Origin: an uncultured Acidobacteriota bacterium
GTDB lineage: Bacteria; Acidobacteriota; Vicinamibacteria; Vicinamibacterales; CAVVIG01
DNA length: 64,000 bases
Assembly (NCBI GenBank): GCA_963773035.1
Contig: CAVYZX010000038.1
Location: 320,234-384,233, forward strand
Reading direction: 5' to 3'
In this document: positions 19,348 through 29,091 of the stretch, in pieces
How positions within the stretch are numbered: the first letter of the stretch is position 1
How the letters are laid out: the number at the start of each line of letters is the position of its first letter
Notes under the pieces: generated by a model
The model's database searches: none
Seen by the model: the letters and a program-made list of their open reading frames with translations, nothing else
Told to the model about the DNA's origin: nothing
Program-made: the position numbers and the translations under genes

Positions 19348-20462
19348 AAACGGCCGCTCACCACATCGTGTCGCTCGACGTGTTTCGCGGCGCGACGATC
19401 GCCGCGATGATCCTGGTCAACAACCCCGGTAACTGGAACGCTGTCTTTCCCCAACTCCTTCACGCCAACTGGAACGGCTGTACTGCCGCCGACGTCGTGT
19501 TCCCATTCTTCGTCTTCATCATGGGATGCGCGATGCCCTTTGCGTTCGAGCGGAGTCGAGGACGAATGTCCGATGCCGGCTTTTTCGCGCGCGTGTTCCG
19601 GCGAGGGCTGACGCTCGTCGCGCTCGGACTGGTGTTGAACGCAGTCGTCGCAGCGCCGCACTTCACGGCGATTCGCGTGCCGGGCGTGCTTCAGCGCCTG
19701 GGTCTTGCGTACATCGGGGCGGCGTTTCTGGTCCGTTACACGAGCCCACGGACTCAGGGGGCCGTGGCCGCGTTGCTGATGCTGGTCCACTGGGCGCTCA
19801 TGACGCTCGTTCCGTTCGCCGGCTATCCAGCAGGAACGTTGACGCCGAATCACAACCTGGCTGGCTACATCGACAGATGGGTCTTCGGAACGCACACGCT
19901 GAAGGCGAGCTTGGATCCGGAAGGGCTCCTGGGCGCGCTGCCGACGGTGGCCACGGCGTTGCTGGGCAGTCTGGCCGGTCAGTGGCTCCAACGTCAGGCC
20001 GACCCTCTGCGCCGCTGTTACGGCCTCGCGCTCGGCGGCGTTGTAGCAAGTTCACTTGGCTATGCCTGGTCGTTCGTGTGGCCGATGAACAAGTCTCTCT
20101 GGTCGGGATCGTACGCGCTCGTGACGGTGGGGCTGGCCGCCCTGGCGCTTTCCATCTGCTTCTACGTGGTCGATGTGAAGCGCTCCAGTGACTGGGCGCG
20201 CCCACTGGTCTGGCTCGGCGTCAATCCTCTCGCGGTGTACGCGCTTTCCGAGCTCACCGGTCACCTCATCGAGCGCCCGATGATCAACGGTCTCTCGGGG
20301 CGCATGGCGCTGAAAGACTGGCTGTTCTGGCGACATGTGGCGCCTCTCGTCGGCGATGCTGGTGCAGCCTGGTCCTCCCTGGTCTACGCCGCATGTTTCA
20401 CAGCGATCTGGATCCTTGTCGCGGGTCTGCTCTACAAGCGCGGCACGCTTTTGCGGGCGTAA
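19344..20462 (+). CDS. HGSNAT-like transmembrane acyltransferase (DUF5009/DUF1624)
   Basis: The GTG start overlaps the upstream stop (GTGA). Polytopic membrane protein. N-terminal block SLDVFRGATIAAMILVNNPGNW...HANWNGCTAADVVFPFFVFIMG. Confidence 0.8.
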   Translation: MKTAAHHIVSLDVFRGATIAAMILVNNPGNWNAVFPQLLHANWNGCTAADVVFPFFVFIMGCAMPFAFERSRGRMSDAGFFARVFRRGLTLVALGLVLNAVVAAPHFTAIRVPGVLQRLGLAYIGAAFLVRYTSPRTQGAVAALLMLVHWALMTLVPFAGYPAGTLTPNHNLAGYIDRWVFGTHTLKASLDPEGLLGALPTVATALLGSLAGQWLQRQADPLRRCYGLALGGVVASSLGYAWSFVWPMNKSLWSGSYALVTVGLAALALSICFYVVDVKRSSDWARPLVWLGVNPLAVYALSELTGHLIERPMINGLSGRMALKDWLFWRHVAPLVGDAGAAWSSLVYAACFTAIWILVAGLLYKRGTLLRA

Positions 20463-20641
20463 GGCCTCTTCTCTGAACGATTAGCGAGGTTGCCGCGTGA
20501 GGGTCTACTGGCGACCGTGCGCGACGGCGAGGCCGCAGTGACCGGCGACTATTGCGCGTGGTCACGGGATGGCTTCGAGGGCGGATCCCTACGGCTGTCG
20601 AGAGGCGATCCGAACTGCAGGGAATACGAGTCCATGAATCG

Positions 20642-23600
20642 TCAAGTCGTTCGGTCTGGGATTCGCCTGGTCGTGCATCGGTCGCAGCGAACATCAGCGA
20701 GTGCTACGCGAACAGCAAACCAGTTGACGACCACTTCGAATCGCGTGACTTGCGGCGCGCCAGGTTGACTTGCGGCTGAGGGGACAACGCCCACCCACCT
20801 CCCGTCAGGCAGGATGTCGTAGTTGCGCTGGTTCGCGGGGGTTGTGCCTTCGGAGAAACCTCGAGAAATCGGGATCGGGATCGCCGAACGTGAAGGTCGG
20901 CCGTGTCATGATCTGCCCGAACAGCGAACTTGCCTGGCAGCGGGAATGTAGAACAGCTCCTTTCCGTCCCGCGACCACACCGGATGGCTGTGCGTCCTTC
21001 GTTCCTGGAGATTCTGAATCGTCGCCCCAGTCGGAGGGAACGGCTGCACGAAGACATTGCCCCTCCCGAACTCGCCAGATTGATAGGCGACCCAGGCGCC
21101 GTCCGGCGAGAACGCGGCGTTGATGGGCATTGGCGAGAGCACGCCGCCGAGCTCGGTCGCTCGCTTCGTCCTGTGATCGAGAACGCCGACAGCGTGAATT
21201 TCGAGTCCTTCATCACGCTGAAGAGAAGATGGTCGCCCTTCGGCGACCACGACGTCGGCACCTGCGCCTGCTCCGTTTTTCTGCCGTGGTCAAGCGCTCA
21301 GCCGGACTGTGCGTCGCGCGTGGCGCCGTCAGCACGCTGCCAGAAGATCCGCGAGGTCGCCCTCGCGATCGGACTGAAACGTAATCCGTTCGCCTTCAGC
21401 CGTCCAGACGGGGAAGCGGTTGCGTCCGCCGATGGTCAGACCGGCGAATCGCGGACGCTCCGGACAGGCTCATAAATCCAGACGCTCGCCTCTTTCCCGA
21501 TCGTCTGATAACCACAGCAACGCGTTTGCCATCCGGCGAGACGCGGGGAGCCTCGAATGGGCCCGGTGGAACCTTCAACTCATCGATGCTGCCTTTCCGA
21601 TTCGACGAGGACGAGGCTGCGTTGCGCCGTATGGCGTCAGTGACGCCGGCCCTGGTAACGAACACGAGCGTGCCGGTGTCCGAGACGCTGAACTGGTGCG
21701 GTCCCATTCCCAAACGAAGCCCGTCACTATGGCTGCCCGCCTGATGCCTTCGACAACGGGCGCCTGATCGCCAGTGCTTTAGAGCTTCGGACATGGAATG
21801 GCATGGCAAACAGCACGCCCCATTCCGTAGAGAAAGGTGGCCTGTCGCCACGTAGCGGCGTTACTTCCTCCTCGAAGATTGTCGTCCGCTTGCCATTGAT
21901 GAATGAAGTGTAGTGCACGACGATTGGCCTTTGTTCGAACGCTCCGGCTCGGGGTTTCTCCTTATGACAACGCATAACAACAGACCGCCGAACAGAATCT
22001 GGGTGCCTGGTTGCCGTGTCTCATGCTGTTTGAAATCGAAGGGCGCAGCAAACAGCACGCCCCCATTCGCGCGGAGGTGCCCAGTTGCGAGGTATCGGGC
22101 GTTACTACCCGCTTCAAAGATAGTCGTCCGCCGGCCTGTCTGTAATGAATGCACGATGATCTGGCCTTTGTCCCAGCGCTCGGGCTCGGGGACGTCCCTT
22201 CTGGCAACGCTCGAACAACAACAGACCGTTCGGCAGCATCTGGGGATGCGCCGGGATCTCGTTGTTTTCCACGCTCAAGAGCAGTTGCGGGCTTGCCCCC
22301 GCTCGGCGACACACGCTGAATGCTTTCCGGTAATGTCGGCAAACACGATGCCGTCTGGTCCCCAATCGAGGCCCGTCGTCAGCCCCTCGGGAGAACAGAT
22401 CGTCACGAGGTCGGAATCCGCCAGTGACGGCGATCCGCTTGATCGTCACGTCGAAACCAGTCTGCGAGGATGTGCTGGACGAGGCAGCGAAAAGACGCTA
22501 CGGCGTTGCCGTCCGGCGAGAAGACGGGATCGAACAGCCCGATGGCGGCAGGCATGTCACTGCCGGGATTGGTTTGCTTCAGATTTGACGCTGCGCGAAG
22601 GTACAAGCGACCGCTCGCGACGTACACGATTTTGGACCCATCCGGTGACACTGCCAGAAAGGAGCGCGCGGTAGTAGGAGTCGTGACTCCCAGCGCGAGA
22701 ATCGTTGACGAAGGCGGCGCCGCCGTGAAACCAGGGCGGTCGCCGCGATTGGCGCGAGGCGGCGCCAGAGCGGACGCGATGGCGGCAGAGTCGCACCGCT
22801 CGTCGGGTTGATGCGAGCCGGTGGCTTCAGGATCGATGGCTCGCCGAGGACGAACAGCGCCGTTGAGATATCGGCGACGCGCTTACGCCGATCTTTTTCG
22901 AGACACCGTTCGATCAGTGTTCGAATGGAGCCAGACGCGTCGTTTGGCAGCGCGCTCAAATCGGGATCGGCTCGCAGCACTGCCGCCAACGTGTCGCTGA
23001 CGTCTTCCCCTTCGAAGGCGCGCTTTCCGGTCAACATCTCGTAGAGCACGCAGCCGTACGCCCAGACGTCGCTGCGCTTGTCGGCGGCGCGTCCTTTCGC
23101 CTGCTCCGGGCTCATGTAGGCGGCTGTGCCGAGAATAACGCCCATGCGTGTCATGGCGGGCGTGGTGATCGTCGGGGAGTGCAGACAGCATCGCAGGGCT
23201 AAAGCCCTGCGCTACAGCCGCACCAGCCTCTCGTGCCTCTCCCGCCGTTCCTGCCCCTCCCGCCGCTCCTGCGTCTCCAGCCTCCAGCATCTTCGCGAGC
23301 CCGAAATCCAGAACCTTGACCGCGCCGTCGGGCCGCAACTTGATGTTCGCGGGCTTCAAGTCTCGATGGATCACGCCCTGCTCGTGGGCCGCCTCGAGCG
23401 CCTCGCCGATTTGACGAGCTATTGGCAACGCCTCGTCGAGTGGAATTCGTCCCTCGCTGATCCGTCCGGTTAAAGTCAGACCTTCGACCAATTCCAGCAC
23501 CAGCGCCTGGGTGCCCGACGCGTCTTCGAAACCGTAGATGGCGCCGATGTTGGGATGATTGAGCGAAGCCAGCACCTGCGCTTCTCGCTTGAAGCGCGCG

Positions 23601-23761
23601 AGGCGTTCGGCATCAAGCGCGAAGGCCTCCGGCAGGATCTTGAGCGCGACATCGCGATTGAGCTTCGTGTCGCGCGCGCGCCAGACCTGCCCCATGCCGC
23701 CCTCGCCAATGAGGGCGGCGATTTCGTAACCGGCCAGGCGCGCACCGGGGGTCAGGGGCAT
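20642..23761 (-). pseudogene. Ser/Thr protein kinase with C-terminal TolB-like beta-propeller, multiply frameshifted
   Basis: Kinase subdomains I-VII are intact in ORF 22883..23761 (GEGGMGQVW, VALK, HRDLKPANI, DFGLAK). The activation loop and subdomain VIII onward (GTAAYMSPEQ) are in another frame (22579..23154). The propeller (SPDGSKIVYVA, FSPDGNAVA, VSPDGKRVAV, FSPDGAWVAY, YDILPDGRWV, VVVNWF) is scattered over at least 6 further frame changes. Confidence 0.8.
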
Positions 23762-23872
23762 ATGTTCGAAGTCGCGGTGATTATAGCGAGTCTTCGATCG
23801 CGACGTCCTCGCGGAATGGACCGATAGCTGTGGAGGCCGTGGATAATTCTCAGTCCGACGTCACGGCAGATG

Positions 23873-24280
23873 TCAGTACGCGAGGACGTCAAGACCTGGA
23901 GTGTGATCGAAGTGCCTGCGGTTCGCGGTCACGAGCGCGGCTTCGTCAACTATAGCAGCGGTGGCGATAAGCAGATCCATGGTGCTCATGGATTTTCCGC
24001 TTCGGTGGAGCTTGACGAGCACTTCACCATAGATCGGCGCAAAGCGCTCGTCCGGATAGACCACATCGATAGCCTGAAACAGCGATCGGACCCGCGCCAG
24101 TTCGCGAGACGGAGACGAAGCATTGGCCGCACCAGCCTCGAGCTCGCAGACGACGAACACCGAAGCGACCAGGCGATCCGAGGCGTGTTGTTCGAGAAAC
24201 GCTGTGGCCCGTCCATGCGTGGCGCGTGCGTGCTCCCGGAGGAGATCGATCAGGTACGAAGAGTCGGCATGAATCACCAC
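23873..24280 (-). CDS. vapC: type II toxin VapC (PIN domain ribonuclease)
   Basis: 135 aa. PIN acidic residues are in the expected contexts (IHADSSYLID, VCELE, MDLLIATAA, TANRRHF). The start overlaps the stop of the upstream small gene. Confidence 0.85.
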   Translation of the reverse strand: MVIHADSSYLIDLLREHARATHGRATAFLEQHASDRLVASVFVVCELEAGAANASSPSRELARVRSLFQAIDVVYPDERFAPIYGEVLVKLHRSGKSMSTMDLLIATAAIVDEAALVTANRRHFDHTPGLDVLAY

Positions 24281-24507
24281 GTTCGAATCCGCGCCCGGCT
24301 CCGCCGGCGAGCACGAACCTGCGCCTCCATCTCGTCGAGGGCTTCTTCCGACAGCCGGTGCCGCCTCACGGCCTCCAGGAGATCGCGGCCGGTCGAACCG
24401 CTGGCGAAGTGCTGCTTGATCACGTCGGAAAACGACTGCCCGGGCCGCTTCTGGCGTGCGAGCGCTTCGTAGGCGGCGAGATCAATGGTGATGGTCTTCA
24501 CGGCCAT
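24274..24507 (-). CDS. antitoxin partner of VapC
   Basis: 77 aa from ATG 24507 (MAVKTITIDLAAYEALARQK...). Small, charged, and it overlaps the VapC start, which is the classic TA arrangement. Confidence 0.7.
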   Translation of the reverse strand: MAVKTITIDLAAYEALARQKRPGQSFSDVIKQHFASGSTGRDLLEAVRRHRLSEEALDEMEAQVRARRRSRARIRTW

Positions 24508-24673
24508 GCACTTATCGTGCACTTACCTGTTGGACGTGTCAAGATGCCCGACGCGGACCTCGGAGGCCGCGAGATCCCTGTGGTTGACACGGGCGATGTG
24601 TATGCTTCTGGCGGCACGCGGTCGAGACGTCCCGTGACGCCAATTCACCCGTCTCGCTGTAGTGAGGGCCGTG

Positions 24674-25684
24674 ATGAAACATGCGTTAGTGGGGATGGCA
24701 CTTTGCCTGGCGCTGATCCGTCCAGCATCTGCCCGAACGCTCGAGATCTTCTTCATCGACGTCGAAGGTGGGGAAGCCACCCTCATCGTGACCCCCAGCG
24801 GGGAATCGCTGTTGATTGATGCTGGATACGCCGGGCGCGGCGGCCGCGATCCCGCGAGAATACTGGCGGCCGCCCGCGAGGCCGGCATCGATCGCATCGA
24901 CTACCTCCTGATTACACATTTCCATCCCGACCACGTCGGGGGAGTGCCCGAGCTCGCGTCGTTGATTCCGATTCGCACGCTCATCGACTATGGCGAACCA
25001 CTGGGCACAGACCGCATGGCGATCGGAGGCTTTCGCAATTACGAGCCCGTACGCAGCCAACGACTTCATTTGCAGCCAAAACCTGGCGACCGCCTGCCTC
25101 TCGCGGGTCTGCACATCGACGTCGTCAGTGCGGCCGGCGAGATCCTGTCGAGGCCGCTTCCGGGCGCCGGTCAGAAGAACGACGCCTGCTCGACGCTCGA
25201 ACCGCAGCCCGAGGACGGAACCGAAAACTTCAGGTCGATTGGCCTCCGGCTGCAGTTCGGCGAGTTCCGCTTCGTCGACCTTGGCGATTTGAGCGGCAAC
25301 ACGCTCGGAGCGCTCGTGTGTCCGACGAATCTGCTCGGCGGAACCTCCGTCTATCTCGTCCCGCATCACGGGAACTACGACTCGAACGTGCCCGCGGTGC
25401 TTGCCGCGTTACGTCCGCGGGTGGCGATCATGAACAACGGCGTCGCCAAGGGCGGAGCGCCAGTCGCCATTGCCACGGTGCGCCAGCAGTCCGGTTTGGA
25501 GGATCTATGGCAGCTTCACGCGTCGAAGAATCCGGATGCCGACAACTCGCCGGACGCCTACGTCGCCAATGTCGATGACGGGCAGACCGGCTACTGGATC
25601 AGGCTGACGGCATCCGACGACGGCAGCTTTACCGTGATCAACGGCCGGAACGGGTTCAGCAAGGAATACACGATTTTCCGCTGA
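24674..25684 (+). CDS. secreted MBL-fold metallo-hydrolase (ComEC-type beta-lactamase domain)
   Basis: Signal peptide, the HxHxDH motif (LITHFHPDHVGG) and the later VPHHGN block. Confidence 0.85.
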   Translation: MKHALVGMALCLALIRPASARTLEIFFIDVEGGEATLIVTPSGESLLIDAGYAGRGGRDPARILAAAREAGIDRIDYLLITHFHPDHVGGVPELASLIPIRTLIDYGEPLGTDRMAIGGFRNYEPVRSQRLHLQPKPGDRLPLAGLHIDVVSAAGEILSRPLPGAGQKNDACSTLEPQPEDGTENFRSIGLRLQFGEFRFVDLGDLSGNTLGALVCPTNLLGGTSVYLVPHHGNYDSNVPAVLAALRPRVAIMNNGVAKGGAPVAIATVRQQSGLEDLWQLHASKNPDADNSPDAYVANVDDGQTGYWIRLTASDDGSFTVINGRNGFSKEYTIFR

Positions 25685-25906
25685 CTACATGCGTGCTAAG
25701 TCCCTAACTTTCCTTTTCCTTGCGCCGCCTCGTCGTTATACTCCACGGCGACGCGGAGTCTTTCTGACGGAGGACAGATATGCAGGCTGTTGCCCGACGC
25801 TCGATGCTGGCGCTGTTGGCGATTGCGCTGATCGGGGAGCGCTGCAGGACTGGGGGCGGACCATCCGCTGGCCTCCCCGGAGTCGGTCGGCTTCTCGGCC
25901 GACGGG

Positions 25907-27049
25907 TTGAAGGCGCTGCAGCGGACGATGCGCGGGTTGGTCGACGACGGCAAGCTCGCTGGTGTCACCACGCTCGTCGCACGGCACGGCAAGGTCGTGT
26001 ACCTCGATGCCTACGGCGTCCAGGATCTGGCGACCAAGAAGCCGGTCACCCGGGACACGATCTTCCGCCTCGCGTCGATGACCAAGCCGATCGTGGGCGT
26101 GGCCATGATGATGCTCTGGGAGCAGGGTAAGTGGACGCTTGACGACCCGGTGGCGAAGCACATCCCGGAGTTCGACGGCCTCAAGGTGGCGACGCCGGGC
26201 GGCGAGGTGCCGCAGATCAAACCGATGACGATGCGGCAGCTGATGAGCCACACCGCCGGCTTCGACGTCAATGCGGGGTACGCAAAGCTCAACATCCCGG
26301 ATCGCGATCAGCCGCTCCAGGCGATGATCGACAGGCTTGCGAAGCTGCCGCTCGCCGCCCAGCCGGGCAGTGATTGGCGGTACGGACCCAGCGTCGACAT
26401 TCAGGGCTACATCGTCGAGAAATTGTCGGGCCAGCCGCTCGACGTGTTCCTGCGAACGAATCTTTTCGAGCCGCTGGGGATGAAGGACACGGGCTTCTCT
26501 GTGGAAAAGTCGAAGGTCGATCGCGTGACGAGCATCTTCACCTACGGTCCCGACAAGCGCGTGATCAGTGCGACAGCTGCGCAGGAACAACGAGGTGATC
26601 CTTCGTCGAAGCCGGCGTTTCTATCCGGCAGCGGCGGGCTGCTCTCCACGATCGACGATTACTTCCGGTTCGCTCAGATGGTGCTGGACGGCGGCGAGGC
26701 GAACGGCAAGCGGTTCCTGAAAGCGTCGACAGTGCAGCTGATGCGGACGAACGTGCTCGCGGACGGCGTTGCGGTCGATACCTACGGCCCGAGTCAGCCT
26801 GGCATCGGATTCGGGCTGGACTTCGCGATCGTGATGGATCCTGCGGCAGCGAACACCCAGGAGGGCAAGGGCTCTTTCTACTGGGGCGGCGCGTTCGGCA
26901 CGTGGTTCTGGCTCGATCCCGAGAACGACGTTGTCGTCGTGGGCATGATGCAGAACGTCAACGGCAGCTCGCCGACCGGCGGCTCGCCTCAGGTGCGACC
27001 GCTGTCACGACAGCTGGTGTATCAGGCGCTGGTGGATCGCAAGAAGTAG
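25907..27049 (+). CDS. serine hydrolase (class C beta-lactamase/PBP-like); signal peptide lies in another frame upstream
   Basis: SxxK motif LASMTKPIV. The mature N-terminus GADHPLASPESVGFSADGL is in this frame from 25832. The signal peptide MQAVARRSMLALLAIALIG (from 25780) is in frame +1, with the switch at a gggg run at about 25834-25837. Confidence 0.8.
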   Translation: MKALQRTMRGLVDDGKLAGVTTLVARHGKVVYLDAYGVQDLATKKPVTRDTIFRLASMTKPIVGVAMMMLWEQGKWTLDDPVAKHIPEFDGLKVATPGGEVPQIKPMTMRQLMSHTAGFDVNAGYAKLNIPDRDQPLQAMIDRLAKLPLAAQPGSDWRYGPSVDIQGYIVEKLSGQPLDVFLRTNLFEPLGMKDTGFSVEKSKVDRVTSIFTYGPDKRVISATAAQEQRGDPSSKPAFLSGSGGLLSTIDDYFRFAQMVLDGGEANGKRFLKASTVQLMRTNVLADGVAVDTYGPSQPGIGFGLDFAIVMDPAAANTQEGKGSFYWGGAFGTWFWLDPENDVVVVGMMQNVNGSSPTGGSPQVRPLSRQLVYQALVDRKK

Positions 27050-27097
27050 CGCGGAGCGGGCGCTGGGTATACCATTGGGGCACTTCCACCGACGCTC

Positions 27098-28966
27098 ATG
27101 ACTCGCCGAGCCACTCGGTCGCTCCCGGTCTTCGCGCGCTTCTCGTGCTTTGTACTGATCGTCCTCATTTCATCCCTGACAGCTCCTGTCGGAGTCGGCG
27201 CTGGCTTGCTCGTCGATGTCGCACGGGATGAGGTTGCGGCCTCACGGGTTGATGATCTGTCGCCGATCTCTTCGATCGATTGGAATTACGACCGCGCAGC
27301 CCATCTTCTCGAGCGCGGCGGCTTTGGCGGCACCCCTGAAGAGATCGCCCGCCTCGCCCGCATGACACCGCAGCAGGCGGTGAATTGGCTCGTGGACTAC
27401 GAGTCGATCGACCCGAGCAGTCTGAAACCATTCGACGAGTCGGGAATCTGGGATTCTGGAATGGACCCCTTTCCGCCGAGCCGTGCCGAAGCCGTTCGCA
27501 TTGCCCGGGCCAGGGGAGAGGGACTCGGAATCAAGGTCCTGCCAGAAGGCACGCCGCGCAGGCTCCAGCCGATCGTCGACAAGTTCTTCTACAGCTTGAC
27601 CGCGAACAATTTCGAGACGCAGCGGCTCGGCCTCTGGTGGGCGAACCGGATGTTGACGACGCCGAGGCCGCTCGAAGAGAAGCTCACGCTCTTCTGGCAC
27701 GGGCACTTTGCGACCGGTCAGAACAAGACGCGGGATTATCGGATGATGCTGCGGCAGAACGAGCTGTTCCGCGCCAACGCGTCCGGAAGCTTCCGCGAGC
27801 TGCTAATCGGGATCCTCAAAGATCCGGCGATGCTCGTCTATCTCGACAACGGCGAGAACGTGAAGGCTCACCCGAACGAAAACTTCGGCCGCGAGCTGCT
27901 CGAGCTCTTTACGATGGGCGTTGGCCATTACACCGAGCACGACGTTCGAGAAGCAGCCCGGTCGTTCACCGGCTGGACCAACGACGTCCTGACGTTCAAG
28001 TTCGACGCCGAACAGCACGATTTTGGCCGGAAGATTTTCCTCGACCGGACGGGCGACTTCAACGGCGAGGACATCATCAAGGCGATCCTCGATCAGCAGG
28101 TCACGGGCGAGTTCATGGCTGGGAAGATCTACCGGTTCTTCGTGCGCGAGGAAGTATCCGAGCCGGTGAAGGCCGATCTCGGCCGCACGTTTCGGGAGAG
28201 CGGATATCAGTTGAAGCCGTTGCTCAAACGAATCTTTCTGTCAAAGGACTTCTACAGCTCAGCGTCGAACGGGACTCAGATCAAGAGCCCCGTGCACCTC
28301 GTCGTGTCGACATACAAGAAGATGGGCCTTCGAGAGGTGCCGACAATCCCCGACTTCGGTCGCATGACGGGCGGGCTCGGCCAGTCGCTCTTCGACCCGC
28401 CGAATGTTGCGGGCTGGGCCGGCGGCCGTACCTGGATGACGCCGGCGACACTGCTTCAACGTGGAAACTCGATGCGCGACGTGCTGTTTCCCGACGTGAA
28501 ATCGTTCCGTCCGCCGGACCGGTCGATGTCCGCGACGGACGCGCGGGTCGGGCAGCGCCTGACACAGGGGATGGACATCACGGCAGCGACCCGTGAGGGC
28601 GACGCGGAATCGAACATGATGGTCGACCGCGACGAGGACTACAACACGCGTTATGGCGGCTACAAGGGCTACCTCCTGGCGTTCGAACGGGTGAAGCTGA
28701 TTCCAAGGCGCACGGCCGACGTCAATCTGACGGCGATGGTTTCTGCGGCAGGCGCCGACACCGTGGACAAGGTCGTCGATCATTTCGTGGACCGATTTCT
28801 GCGGGTGAAGCTCAATGAGAGGGATCGGACGGCATTCGTCGGCTTCTTGCGAGAGAAGCTCGGAACGGCGAGCATTCGCCAGGCTGAGGCGAATGAGAAG
28901 CTGGAAACGTCGCTTCGGGAACTTTTGTATCTGGTGCTGAGTACACCGGAATACCAGCTGGGGTAG
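27098..28966 (+). CDS. DUF1800 domain-containing protein
   Basis: 622 aa. Blocks LTLFWHGHFATG, LLELFTMGVGHYTEHDVREAARSFTGW and PPNVAGW are characteristic of DUF1800. Confidence 0.85.
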   Translation: MTRRATRSLPVFARFSCFVLIVLISSLTAPVGVGAGLLVDVARDEVAASRVDDLSPISSIDWNYDRAAHLLERGGFGGTPEEIARLARMTPQQAVNWLVDYESIDPSSLKPFDESGIWDSGMDPFPPSRAEAVRIARARGEGLGIKVLPEGTPRRLQPIVDKFFYSLTANNFETQRLGLWWANRMLTTPRPLEEKLTLFWHGHFATGQNKTRDYRMMLRQNELFRANASGSFRELLIGILKDPAMLVYLDNGENVKAHPNENFGRELLELFTMGVGHYTEHDVREAARSFTGWTNDVLTFKFDAEQHDFGRKIFLDRTGDFNGEDIIKAILDQQVTGEFMAGKIYRFFVREEVSEPVKADLGRTFRESGYQLKPLLKRIFLSKDFYSSASNGTQIKSPVHLVVSTYKKMGLREVPTIPDFGRMTGGLGQSLFDPPNVAGWAGGRTWMTPATLLQRGNSMRDVLFPDVKSFRPPDRSMSATDARVGQRLTQGMDITAATREGDAESNMMVDRDEDYNTRYGGYKGYLLAFERVKLIPRRTADVNLTAMVSAAGADTVDKVVDHFVDRFLRVKLNERDRTAFVGFLREKLGTASIRQAEANEKLETSLRELLYLVLSTPEYQLG

Positions 28967-28984
28967 TGGAGTTCGCTGATTCAT

Positions 28985-29058
28985 GAACCACAAAGCTCAC
29001 AAAGGCCACAAAGCTACTCTAGGGTTGTTCCTAGTGTTCTTCGTGTTCTTTGTGGTTC
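28985..29058. repeat. composite intergenic element: inverted arms of short-period repeats (CACAAAG / CTTTGTG)
   Basis: The left arm gaaccacaaagctcacaaaggccacaaag faces the right arm gttcttcgtgttctttgtggttc. It lies between the DUF1800 stop and the DUF1501 start. Confidence 0.75.
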
Positions 29059-29091
29059 CTCGAAGAGGTGCCTCCATCGAGGGACTCAATC

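Noticed and set aside
24270-24300. tRNA-like T-loop string cacgttcgaatccgcg
   Set aside because: The flanking bases do not form T-stem or acceptor pairings, and it lies inside the overlapping VapB/VapC coding sequences.
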